DNA of 64,000 bases from Octopus sinensis. Lineage: Eukaryota. The number at the start of each line of letters is the position of its first letter. Position 1 is the first letter of the stretch. The stretch lies in NCBI RefSeq assembly GCF_006345805.1, contig NC_043000.1, forward strand, positions 17,670,001-17,734,000. Reading direction: 5' to 3'. The translations under genes and the position numbers were made by a program. Positions 13,503-26,648 of the stretch are shown here, piece after piece. Below the pieces are notes generated by a model. That model made no database searches, was not told the origin of the DNA, and worked only from the letters and a program-made list of their open reading frames with translations.

Positions 13503-14949
13503 ATTGTATACTACATCTGATAACTCTCATGCTCAGTTTTTTCCTCTCTAAATGTTTGCACTTTGTTGCATAAGCATACTGACACTGCACATCCAGCAAA
13601 GCATGCTTTCTTCATCTGTTTCTAGTTCTCACATATCCTCTGCATGCACAGCCCATATTTCACTACTAAGTTGCATCACTGTTTGTACTCAAGCATCAAA
13701 CAGTCAGCCTTTCACTCTGTGAGAGAAACCTTTCATGGCCCACAGTTGTAACAGCTTTCTGAACATTATCCATCCTGTGTTTATTCTAGCAACTATGCTT
13801 TTAGAACTTCCTTCTCCACTGTTAATTAGGTCACCTAGTTAATGAGTGTAAAATGTTCAACTTCACATTCTTTAGAGAACAATGTGAGAATGACAGTGGC
13901 CCAAAGACAATTTGAACTCCAGTAAGAGAGATTTGCACAGCATTTTACAAATGAATTTCAAATAAAGGAATATGGACAATTTCCTGGCATATCTGGTCTG
14001 GCATTGCTACAGATTGGTGTATCCAGTCTGAAATAAACTGTACAGGCATACACAGGTCCTGCATACACCTATATGTGGTTAAGATTCATCATGCCCTTGC
14101 ACTTCTATATGTAAGCATAGGTAAATTTTTAAAGGAAGATGGGTAGTTGCCAATATATACAAGCCTTCTTCGTCCTGCCACTGATGTTTATCTAAGTCAA
14201 AGGCTGCTGACTTTGACTGATGCTACTCGACACCAGTGTCATTGCAGGCTTTCTTGTCAAAGAGCTGGAAGAGATACTACTGAGCATCTGACTCAGCTCT
14301 CTAACAGTTTTGTATAGAGAGAAGAGACTTGGCAGTTGCCTATACATGCAAGTTTCTTCTCTCTGTACCACTGATATCAATCCAAGGGAAAGGCTACCGA
14401 CTTGGGTTGATACAGCATATGGCTTGGCATTGATATTGGTGCAGGTTTTGCTGTCAAAATGCAAAGAGCTGAAACAGATACCTGAAGGAATGTTGCTCAA
14501 CACTCTAATGGTTTCATCAATTAATCAAGCTAAATTAGTGCTTTTTTTTTTAATAATCCTGAAAGGAATTTAAACTCATAGTGTAGTGAGTCAAAATAAA
14601 CTGGCATACTAGTAAAAAAAACACTTGGAAATGGCTGAGTTGTGAGGAATGGAGAAGCCAGCCTTTAAGCCATCCTCCAAGTAAATGTTACACACCTGCC
14701 TGTAGAACTCTTACTGTTATCTGAGACCATTACTATTCTTTGAAAAGGATTGGTCATGCAGTATTTCTCTGCTTAATAACAACAGTACAAACAGTGGTCC
14801 AGAGAATGAGATAGATAAAACAAGGGTAAACATTTTTTCCCCTATGCCAATGGAAACATTCATCTCATTTAAATATCTTCTATCCAAGGAGAAGGAAGAG
14901 AATGGGGAAAAAAATCTGTTCTCATAGTATTATGCCTAGTATAAAAGAG

Positions 14950-15374
14950 GGATCTTTTCGGTTTGAACGGCAGTTTTTTAAAATAATTTCCACATAACTA
15001 AGCACTTTTAAACTTCATATACTGGTAGTATGTGTTTATAAAACATCTTTTTCTCTTGGCTTTATTGAGAAAATTCTATAGCTTGTAAGATATTTGTTGT
15101 TTTTTCTCTTCAATTTCTGCAATTTCAACCAATCAATGACCGTCTATTGAGGTGAAAACATTCTGTGCCGTATGAATATGTCCCTCGTTTAAGAAACAGA
15201 TTGGGTTTATTTACATTTCTGAAGAAAAAAAGATACCCTTCCCCCCCACCCCTAACCCTAACCCTAACCCTAAAACAGATTGAAATGCAATAGATCGATA
15301 CTAGGGTCATAATTATGGGTGACAATTTCATATGACACTGCTAGAAAAAACTGCCGTTCAAGCCGAAAAGATCC
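14950..15374. mobile_element. MITE with ~28-bp TIRs, 8-bp TSD and internal (CCCTAA)4
   Basis: TIR ggatcttttcgg(t/c)ttgaacggcagtttt; TSD taaaagag at 14942-14949 and 15375-15382. Confidence 0.85.
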
Positions 15375-15734
15375 TAAAAGAGATTTCTGCTTCATTAATA
15401 ATGGTAAAATATTACAATTCATTTCCCATTCTTTAGATCTTTAACATTCAGATTACTCTGTCTTACTTATTCACATTGTTTTGAATTAATTATGCATTAT
15501 CTCTTGGCTTTGAGATTTGAATGATACGAGTGTTTATTCTAAGACTGACTTTGTAGGGTAGGTGTGAGAAGCCAGATCTGGTCAGTTTAAACATAAAACA
15601 AACAGAATATTTGAGCCAGATATGGCCAGTTTAAATGTTAAAGGGTTAATAATTTCGAAGCAGCTAAAGCTTTTTATTCAAATTGAAATACAACTCTTTT
15701 CCTCCATATTACTACATACTAATATATTTACAGA

Positions 15735-16125
15735 CTAGCAGTATCGCCCGGCGTTGCTCGGGTTTGTAAGGGAAATAACTATATAAGCATTTTTAGAGAT
15801 GTAAAGTATAGTAGCCATCTCAATATGGCTAACCACAAAGCGGGGTGTTACTGTAGCTTTTTACGTTCTGAGATTTAATAATAAACTTTTAGAGAGTTAC
15901 TTCCCTTATATATGCCAAAAATGCATTAAAAATGGGAAAAATTGATGGCAAATTTTTTTTAAATCGTAGACTCATCGTAGACGCGCGCTAATATCCAGAA
16001 GGGCTCGATATGAATCACGACTATAAGATACCCGCTTTTGGTTAAACTGCACCGCAAAATGTGGGAGTAGTTAGGAATCTAAATCGTAGGAGACAGACAT
16101 ACAACTTCACTTTTATATATAAAGA
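15735..16125 (-). mobile_element. Non-autonomous Helitron
   Basis: Minus strand begins A|TC at 16126/16125 and ends with hairpin cccgagcaacgccggg then CTAG|T at 15735/15734; no TSD. Confidence 0.8.
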
Positions 16126-16489
16126 TATATCAATGTGTCTACAGTAGTGTTCTGAAAGAAATGGATGTGTGTTACACTAAGTTTCAATATTTATTTTTGT
16201 CTCTCTGTATTTAAAGTTGAAATCCAGTCAGGGTTTACTGTATCTTTTATTGTTCTCGGTTTCACAAAATGTGTATCAGTTATGCTCAAGAATTTTCCAC
16301 TCCCTATATTTTTTTGTTCTCAAGCGCAGGTTTGGCTGTATGGTTAAGAAGTTTGCTTCCCAACCATTTGGCCTTGGCTTCAGTCCCATTGTGTGGCACT
16401 TTAGGCAAGGGGCTTCTATTATAGACCTGGGCCAACCAACGCCTTGTTAGTGGATTTGGTACATGGAAACTGAAAGAAGCCTGTTGCAT

Positions 16490-16523
<34 letters not shown>

Positions 16524-17661
16524 ATGCATGAGTGATATGCATGTGTGTGTACCCTTGCTTTGGCATCACACAATGGTTGTAAACGAGCACCACTGTCATA
16601 CAAGTAATGTTGTTAATTTCCATTCTGTCAAGAAAGCCATATCTGGCCATGGGAAATATTCCCTTGCTTGGAAATAGGAAAGGCACCAAACCTTAGAAAG
16701 TATACCTCAAAATATTTTGTCTAACTCATGAAAGTATGAAAAATGGACATTAAAATGATGACAACGATAGTGGTGGTGATAATGATGATGATAATGATGA
16801 TGATGATGATATATTCCAAAAATTACAATAATTAAAGAGTTTTCCTCTTTATAGGCTTGATCTTTTATAATCAACCCAACAGATAATCACTACCTGATGT
16901 TGTGGCATTCATGTATTTTCTAGGTCGTGATGATTGCTGATGCAGTCAAAACACATTGCTAGATTAACTATGGCAACTACCGCATAACCTTGAGCCAAAG
17001 TAACTTCTGACTTCTAGGTGGTCACGACTACCATCAGTACCGTTAGCGCCATATTCATGATTACCTCTACTACCATTATCATCACAAACAGCACCACTAA
17101 TTAACAATATTCTTTTGAATTTTGGCAGAAGGCTGGCAATTTTGAGGGGAGGGGAAGACAGTTACATCAACCCCCAGTGCTGAACTCCTACTTATGCTAT
17201 CGACCCAGGAAGGATGAAAGGCAAAGTTAGCCTCAGTGGTATTTGAACTCAGAACATAAAGAAACAGAAGAAATATTGCTAAGCATTTTGTTTGGTGTGG
17301 TAATGGTTCGGCCAACTCACTGCTTTATTGTATCACCAACGAAATCATCATCACCATCACCATCACCATCATCACCCTCACCATCATCACACCACTTTAA
17401 CTACCCCTAACAGTTAATGACCTATGATATTAGGCCATCTTAAAGCCACTATCAATACCACCAGCACCTAGAATATATATTGATTTAAAATTTTGGCACA
17501 ATTCCAGCAATTCCAAAAGCAGGGCAAGTCAGTTATATCGACTCCAGTGCACAATGGTTCTTGTTTTATCGACCCCAAAATGATGGAAAAGTTGACCTCG
17601 GTGGAATTTGAACTCAGGACATGATGATGCCGCTAAGCATTTGCCCAGCATGCTAATGAGT

Positions 17662-18078
17662 CTTATTTCTTTATTGCCCGCAAGGGGCTAAACATAAAGG
17701 GGACAAACAAGGACAGACAAAGGGATTAAGTCGATTGCATCGACCACAGTGCGTAACTGGTACTTAATTTATCGACCCCGAAAGGATGAAAAGCAAAGTC
17801 AACCTCTGCGGAATTTCAACCTAGAACGTAACGGCAGACGAAATACCTATTTCTTTACTACCCACAAGGGGCTAAACATAGAGGGGACAAACAAGGGCAG
17901 ACAAAGGGATTAAGTCGATTGCATCGACCACAGTGTGTAACTGGTACTTAATTTATCGACCCCAAAAGGATGAAAGACAAAGTCGACTTCGGCGGAGTTT
18001 GAACTCAGAACGTAGCAGCAGGTGAAATACCGCTAAGCATTTCGCCTGGCATGCTAACAATTCTGCCAGCTCTCTGCC
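17662..18078 (-). mobile_element. Family D SINE dimer
   Basis: Same junction at 17847/17848. Confidence 0.8.
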
Positions 18079-19414
18079 ATCCCAGGAACATATATTAATT
18101 ACTATCTCTCTCCAGCCATTAATTGTCACCGCCCATCACCACTGGCACCACCACCACCAACATCATCATCATCATCATCATCACCATCATGACCATCCAT
18201 TACTGTTACCAATATCACTATTGGCATTGTTAGGCATTGTTACCAACGCCAACCCCACCATGACATCCAACACCATTGCCCTCACGCTACTACCATCATT
18301 GTTTCCACCTGCACTCTGACAGCCATCATCATCACTAACATCGCAACCAATACCACCATCACCACCATCACCACCTCCACTACTCTTGTTGCCATCATCC
18401 CCCACCACCACTACCACCACCACCAACACCACCATCATCATTGGCATCTCCTCTCCCTACCCTAACCCCACCATTACCACCATTACCATTACCATTATCA
18501 TCACTACCATCATCATCATCATCATCATCTCAACCTCCAGCCTAGTCACATCATTGTCACCACCAGCTAAACCAATGCCACCACCACCACCACCACCACC
18601 ATCACCGCCACCACTACCACCACCATCACCACATATAGGGTGAAGTTGTCAGCGATATTTCAACTATGTTGTTTGTTATACGATCTGGTGAACAGATGAA
18701 AACTGTTTTAGAGAATATGATATAGTGCTTGGTGTGTTGGTAGAGGAGGTCATGGGGGGAATCGTTGATGGTAGGGAAGAGGAAAGAGACAAAGAAATGG
18801 AGCATTTATTATTTCATTATTGTCTGAGACTGACTAGCAAAATACCTTTTGGTATTTAGATACACCTCTTTACATTCTGGGTTCAAATCCAGCTGAGTAT
18901 GGCTTTGATTTTTCATTTTTTTTTTTTTTGCTGGGTCGATGGTTTATGTAAGAATTTTGACTTGTGTGGTTAAGAATCTTGTTTTGCAACCATGTGGTTT
19001 CAGGTTCAGTCCCACTGTGTGGCACGTTGGTTATGTGTCTTCTAAATATGGCCCCCAAGCCAAACAATGCCTTTCAAGTGAATTTAGATGATTGGAAACT
19101 GTGGAAGCCTGTAATATATGTGTTTGTGTGCACATGTGTGTATGTGTATGTGTGTGTATGTGTGTGTGTGTGCATGCATGTGTGTGTGTGTCTTTGTCCC
19201 TCCAATTACCACCACCACCACTACCACCACCACACCACCACCACCACCACCACCACCACCACCACCATTACCAAAGTTGCTTGACAACCAATGTGGGTTT
19301 CTTTATGTCCCATAACTTAGCAGCTTGACAAAAGAGACCAATAGAATAAGTTTCATCATCATCATTGTCATCATTGTCATCATCGTCGTCGTCATCGTTA
19401 TCATTATCATCATT

Positions 19415-19449
<35 letters not shown>

Positions 19450-19954
19450 TTAACAACTATTTTCCAAGAGAACGATAGAATAAGTACTAGGCTTACAAAG
19501 AATAAGTCCTGGGATCGATTTGCTCAACTCAAAGCAGTGCTCCAGCATGGCCACATGGGTTGGATGGTTTGACAGGGGCTAGCAGCCAGAGAGCTGCACC
19601 AGACTCCAATTGTCTGTTTTGGCAAGATTTCTCAGGCTGGATGCCATTCCTAATGCCAACTACTATATAGAGTGTCCTGGGTGGAACCATCACTAGTGCT
19701 TTTTTACATGGCACCAGCACCCACACCAGTGCTTTTATGTGGCATTTGGTTTTAGGATCTCAACTCTGTCGTGATGAATGGGTTTTCTCAAGTACAGCAC
19801 TGCACCACGTATCTTGGTGCTCCGTCGTAAATATATGGAACACACAAGCTTTAAAAACACACAAGTACTAGGGTTCATTTGTTTGACTAAACCCTTTAAG
19901 GCAGTGTTTCTCAACCTTTTTACCCTTGCGTAACCTCAGAAATTTTTCCAAGCT

Positions 19955-22217
19955 GAACTATGTGACCTTGTCAAAGACCTGTCCATCTCAAAAGATAAAG
20001 CAGAACTGTTGGCATCAAGACTGAAGAAGTATCAGCTAGAGCACAGTGTTCGTATAACTTATTTTTGGCAGAGAAATATGGTTCTAGATGGATGGAAGCA
20101 CTCCATCGGTTACGACGACAAGGGTTCCGGTTGATCCGATCAACGGAACAGCCTGCTCGTGAAATTAACGTGTAAGTGGCTGAGCATTCCACAGACACGT
20201 GTACCCTTAACGTAGTTCTCGGGAATATTCAGCGTGACACAGAGAGTACAAGGCCGGCCCCTTGAAATACAGGTACAACAGAAACAGGAAGTAAGAGTGA
20301 GAGAAAGTTGTGGTGAAAGAGTACAGCAGGGATCACCACCATCCCCTGCTGGAGGCTCGTGGAGCTTTTAGGTGTTTTCAATCAATAAACACTCACAACG
20401 CCCGGTCTGGGAATCGAAACTGCGATCCTACAACCGCGAGTCCGCTGCCCTAACCACTGGGCCATTGCATCTCCAATGGTTCTAGAAATGTGTTCTGTTG
20501 AAGGCTTGCTTTACTTTTGCAGTAACATCGATGGACTTTTCAAATGTTGATCACGAAATCATGATCCTGCAGGGTGATGTTTGTTTATTGACTCTCCAAA
20601 ACGAAGTTTAAAAGCTGTACTTCTCCATAATGGTAATTTGAAGCCCTCCATTCTTATTGCACACTCCATTTATCTTCATGAATCATATGAGAATATGGAA
20701 CTTTTATTTCATGCCATTGCCTATGAAAGACGCTCACGGAAAATATGTGGAGATTTACAAGTCATTGGAACATTAACGGGAATGCAGTCAGGTTTCACAA
20801 AATACTGTTGTTTCTTGTGTCTATTGGGTAGTTAGGCAACTGCATGACATTACTCGGAATCAAACTGGCAGACAAGAATATCATACCAGCCTGGACTGTC
20901 TAGCTTCAAGAATACATCTCTTGTAGATCCATGTAATGTCCTGTTGCTTCCTTTGAACATAAAGTTTGGACTGATGAAAGTTTATAAAGACACTAGGGAA
21001 GAGAAATTCCAAAGGGTTTGAGTATATTGTAGAAAAGTTTCCCAAAATCACACAGGCGAAGTTGAAAGAGGGTATCTTTGTCAGACCCCAAATTAGAGAA
21101 ATACTCAAATATGACAACTTCAAGACAGCACTAGATGAACTGGAACTGCCTGCCTGGAATGCTTTCAATTGGATCTGTGAGAATTTCTTGGGAAACAAGA
21201 AGGCCATAAGGATGACATCAAGAATCTTCTGAAATGTTACTCAGCATTGGGTTGTCACATGTCACTGAAAGTTCACTTCTTGGACTCCCATCTGGATTTC
21301 TTTGCAGATAACCTTGGAGCAGTGTCTGATGAACATGGTGAAAGATTTCACCAGGATATTAGTGCTATGGAGAAATGGTACCAAGGCTTCTGGAATGACA
21401 GTATACTAGCTGACTACTGCTGGACACATTACTGCGATCAGTCAGATAAGGAACACTGCAGGAAATCCAAATCAATATGTTTCTAACACTGTTGTTCTAA
21501 CTTTATCTGTTTTGCCTGACCCATTTTTTGTGTGTTCACTCTATGTAGAATGATGGTGATGATTTTTAACTCAATAAACTCATTTACTTTCTAAAAATAA
21601 TATGTCCTTATTTATTATGTTAATGATTTCATATAAATACAAGTATATACAAATATTGTGAAAAAGGCATAAGAGTGGCTGTGTGGTAAGTAGCTTGCTT
21701 TCGAACCACATGGTTCCGGGTTCAGTCCCACTGCATGGCACCTTGGGCAAGTGTCTTCTACTATGGCCTCAGGCCGACCAAAGCCTTGTGAGTGGATTTG
21801 GTAGATGGAAACTAAAAGAAGCCTGTTGTGTATATGTATGTATATATGTATATGTGTGTGTATATGTTTGTGTGTTTGTGTTTGTCCCCACCAACATCAC
21901 TTGACAACCGATGGTGGTGTGTTTACGTCCCCATAACTTAGCAGTTCGGCAAAAGAGACCGATAGAATAAGTACTAGGCTTACAAAGAATAAGTCCTGGG
22001 ATCGATTTGCTCGACTCAAGGCGGTGCTCCAGCATGGCCACAGTCAAATGACTGAAACAAGTAAAAGAGTATGTAAATATTTGCATGTGTCTTCTGAAAA
22101 ACTGATACATGTTGCATACAAATGGAGTGAAGTTTTGAAATCAGCATGAAAAATAAGTCCAAAAATGTTGGTTTGCATTCATAATGAGTATAATATATTG
22201 AATTTTGTTGACCAGTG
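19955..22217 (+). mobile_element. Decayed CMC-group (Chapaev3-like, RAG1/Transib-related) DDE transposon, 5' truncated, two SINE insertions
   Basis: LCDLVKDLSISKDKAELLASRL, FIDSPKRSLKAVLLHNGN, ICGDLQV, KYCCFLC, KLKEGIFV, SLKVHFLDSHLDFFADNLGAVSDEHGERFHQDI; in-frame stops and frameshifts; probable right end ttttgttgaccagtg at 22217. Family label is from recall. Confidence 0.75.
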
Positions 22218-23401
22218 TAATCAAAGATATTCCAGCTGTGATCATTGCCCTTTCTTGTTTAAAGAAATAATATATCCAAAACCACAGCAAGCATTCAATG
22301 TGTCCTGTTTCAAGATGCCATGCTGTAATTTGAGGGTGATTTGGTTGTCATTTCTAGCAGTTGAAGCAACTATATAGAAGCTTCATTTTTGGCCTGTGAT
22401 CTAACAATGATGACAACGGTAATGATGACAAAGATCCAGATGGTGATATTTTTATATATTTCTATTGAAAAGTGTGAAGGTACATAGCTCAGAGGTTAGA
22501 GTGTCAGGTTAATAATAACGAGGTAGTAAGTTTGATTCCCAGACCGGGCTGTGTTGTGTTCTTGAGCAAGATACTTTATTTCATGTTGCTCCATTTCACT
22601 CAGCGACAGAAATGAGTTGCAACATCACTGGTGCCGAGCTGTGTTGGCTTTTGCTTTTCCCTTGGATAACATCAGTGGCATAGAGAGGGGAGGCTGATAT
22701 GCATGGGTGACTGCTGGTCTTCCATAAACAACTGCCTGGACTTATGCCTTGGAGGGTAACTTTCTGGGTTCGATCCCATGGTCATTTATGACTGGAGAGG
22801 ATCTTTACCCTTTATTGAAAAGAATCCTTAGTCTGTAGTCATTCATACTCTGGCACTGCCTTCTTGGGTATAGACCATTACATTGACCCACTCACAGACT
22901 GTTATATAAACTTTGGAAAGATGAAAGGTAATGCAGACATGGGGGAAATTTTACACTTAGAACATATAGGGATCTAATTACATTCCAAAAAGTATAATGT
23001 TATATACACTAGCAACATTCCCCCCACATCATTATTATCATCATCACCATCATCATTTAACATCTACTTATCTAAGCTTGCCGGGTTTAGATAGAATTTG
23101 TTGAGGCAGATTTTCTTCAGCTGGATACACTTCCTGTTGCTTGTCCTCACCTGTATCCAAGTATGATAATATTTTCCTGTAGAAGACTGGAAACAAATGG
23201 CATTGCTTGTATGACAGTGATGCACGTTTTACAACCATCTTATGCTGTCAAGACAAGGGTACAAACAGTCACACAAACACACACAGATGCATACACACAC
23301 ATGTACACACATATATGTATGTATGTATGCACACATGCATACAAATATATGAGGAGTATATATATATATATATATATATAACCACTAGGCCATTGCGCCT
23401 C

Positions 23402-23487
<86 letters not shown>

Positions 23488-23536
23488 CCACAAGGCCATT
23501 GCACCTCCACACACACACACCACACACACACACACA

Positions 23537-23608
<72 letters not shown>

Positions 23609-23610
23609 AT

Positions 23611-23656
<46 letters not shown>

Positions 23657-23741
23657 ATATATATATCCTTAAAAAAATCCTTAAAAATGTTTTAGCCCGA
23701 AGGCCGCGGCCATGCTGGGGCACCATATATATATATGTGTG

Positions 23742-24050
23742 TGTGTGGAGGCGCAATGGCCTAGTGGTTAGGGCAGCGGACTCGCGGCTGCAGGATCGCG
23801 GTTTCGATTCCCAGACCGGGCGTTGTGAGTGTTTATTGAGCGAAAACACCTAAAAGCTCCACGAGGCTCCGACAGGGGGTGGTGATCCCTGCTGTACTCT
23901 TTCACCATTTTTTCTCTCACTCTTTCTTCTGTTGGCCTGCTCGCTTAGCCAGCGGGGTGGCGTCATTCGAAGGCTAAAACAATGCGAACACATTGTGACC
24001 AGCGATGTGTAATAACATCTGATGGTCTGGTCGGTCACGTGATCACGTGA
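23742..24050 (+). mobile_element. Family A head with alternative tail Y; second copy 52131-52444
   Basis: Same head as 5383-5769, diverges after ctttctctcactct into a tail ending gtcacgtgatcacgtga; both copies flanked by (TA)n. Confidence 0.85.
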
Positions 24051-25380
24051 TATATATATATAATGTGCAGGTGTGGCTGCATGGTAAGAAGCCTGCTTCC
24101 CAACCAGATGGTTCCTGGTTCAGTCCCACTGTGTGGCACCTTTGGCAAACATCTTCAATGACCTTGGGCTGCCAAAACCTTGTGAGTGGATTTGGTAGAT
24201 GGAAACTGAAAGAAGCCTGTCATGTGTGTGTGTGTTTGGGTCTGTGTTTGTCCCTAACACCACTTGACAACTAGTGTTGGTGTGTTTATGTCCCTACAAC
24301 TTAGCAGTTTGGCAGAGAGACCAATAGAATAAGTACCAGGTTTAAAAAGAAAGAAAGAAAAGAAAAAGTGTTGGGGTCAGTTCATTCAGCTAAAAGTCCT
24401 CCGTCAATGTGTGTCGGCCAGCACGAGGAAAACCTTCATCTGCAACACGTGTGCAGTGTTCAGGTTAAGCCTGGAGTGCGTGCTCACCACCAAGGGCAGC
24501 CACAGTGATTAATATTAATATCTAAACACATATTTATATGTTAAAACAATAAAAACATGTCTAACTACATCAAAACTCTCACCGTGTCCTTTGTCGAGAG
24601 CGTTGTAATGAGTGTAACAGGACTTTTGCAAAGCTTGGTATATATAATAATAATAATAATATTAACGTGATGTAAGAACTATTACATGTCAATGTGAGAA
24701 CTATTACTACCCATGTATTTTAATTTAACTTAAAAAAAAAAAAAATGAACGAATTATTGAGTTTAGTTTAATGGCCTACCAATGTATACTATGAATTTCT
24801 TTGCCCTAGGAGTCGGGAAGACACTCGGCAAGAAATGGAAGCAAATTTGAAAGAAGAAAAAAAAAAATAATAATATTAGGGAGTATAACTCCAAACTTAC
24901 AGGGAAAAATTTAATTTAGTATTAAATCAAATTTCACAATATAAATATATAAAATATAAATTTATATTATATATTATATATATATATATATGCAACAGGC
25001 TTCTTCAAGTATCTGTCTACTAAATCCACTCACAAGGTTTTGATCATCACAGGGCTGTATAGTAGAAGCCATTTGCTTAAGGTGCTGTGCAGCGGGATTG
25101 AACCCCAGGCCACACTTGCACCTACTGTTTAAAATTGTCAGATTATATATCACATAAAATATTTGTAGGGAGAGCTCATTATGATGTTTATGTCCTGTTG
25201 AGAAATATAAAACCAAAATATTATGTTGAAGGCTTCTGAATTTTGATATCAGATAAGGACCAGGATATTTTACAAGTAGCTTTTAGATGATCTTTGGTTA
25301 TCCTTGATAGTGATTCTTTATTGTTCTGACCACTCTAGAAGCAAGAGCTATGTCATTAAAATATTTTTTATGGTTTAAGG

Positions 25381-25721
25381 CAGGGGTTCTCAACCATTTT
25401 TTTCATGTATGGAACCCTCAGATTACTATTTTATCCTAGTGAACCCCCGTAACCATTTGATGCTTAAAAATTAGTTTTATAGAAACTTCTTTCAAAGTTC
25501 CTATTTGGTTTTTCACCCATTAACTTATGTAGGTTGAATTATGTAAAATGTCAGAGAAAGAAACCTTGCTGTTTCTTGCAATACATATATCTAAAGCAAA
25601 ATTTTTTCAGGGGCCCTTAAAATGCTATTGTGGATCCCCAATTTACTATTTTGCTGCATGGACTCCACAAAATCTTTAATGGACTTTCAGGGGCCATATG
25701 GACCCCAGTTGAAAACCACTG
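25381..25721. mobile_element. hAT (Buster/Charlie-like) MITE
   Basis: Ends caggggttctcaac...gttgaaaaccactg; TSD gtttaagg/gtttcagg (7 of 8). Confidence 0.8.
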
Positions 25722-26597
25722 GTTTCAGGTAATAGGTGGAAGAAGATCAAATGTATAAGGCATTTAGCAAGCTGCTCTTATTGTTTGGGAGTTTGAGTCG
25801 GCAGTTTGTATGCGTTTGGCTGCATTTCTGGAGAGGACATTATGTTGTACAGTACTTTGGTTTATTTAGAAGTCCAGGGAGAAAAGATAGCATAGTACCA
25901 AGGAATATTATCTGCGATAGACCGGTGTCCTAATCAGAGTGATATTTGTCTTATAATATGATAAGCAACTTAAAATTAGGAACTAAGAGAGAAAAAAAGA
26001 AGATAGACAGAGAGAAGAATAGCATATAGAGAGAGAAGGTGTGAAACAGAGAAAGAGAGAGAGAGAGAAAGAGTAGGGGAGAGACTCCACAAAGAAAAGG
26101 CAACAGACATCAAGATGAAGAGAGAGAAATATAGGAAGGGAAAGAGACAGCAATGCACGGAGATAGAGAAAGAAGCAAACATAGAGAGAGGGAATAACAG
26201 TGATAATTCATTAGACAGAGAGTAAAAGACCGAGAGAAAGACAGAGAGAGAGAGAGAAAGAAAGAGAGAGAGAGAGAGAGAAAGAGAGAGAGTTTGTGTG
26301 CATGTATGTGTGTAAGAGAGAGAGGGGAGGAGAGAAATGTATAAGGGCAAATGAGAGAAAGATAATAGAGACAGATAAGAGAACGAGAGAAGAGAAGTAG
26401 ATGATGATGAGGAAGTTGACGATAGAGATGATATTGATAATAGGGATAGCGATGGCGGCGGCAATGATATTGATGATGATGATGATGATAATGATGATGA
26501 CGACGATGATGATGATGACGATGACGATGATGATGATGATGACGATGATGACGACGACGATGATGATGATGATGATGATGAGGACGATGATGAGGAC

Positions 26598-26648
<51 letters not shown>

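Larger units (their letters stand above)
12915..13860 (-). mobile_element. RTE-type LINE ORF2 3' remnant, interrupted by the 5S-SINE insertion
   Basis: With the insertion removed the minus strand reads ...VIRCSIQKRRLCWYGH..., matching the RTE RRLRWYGHV motif; stops and frameshifts present. Confidence 0.75.

Noticed and set aside
15252-15272. (CCCTAA)4 as a telomere or fusion site
   Set aside because: Only four units, inside a TIR/TSD-bounded element.
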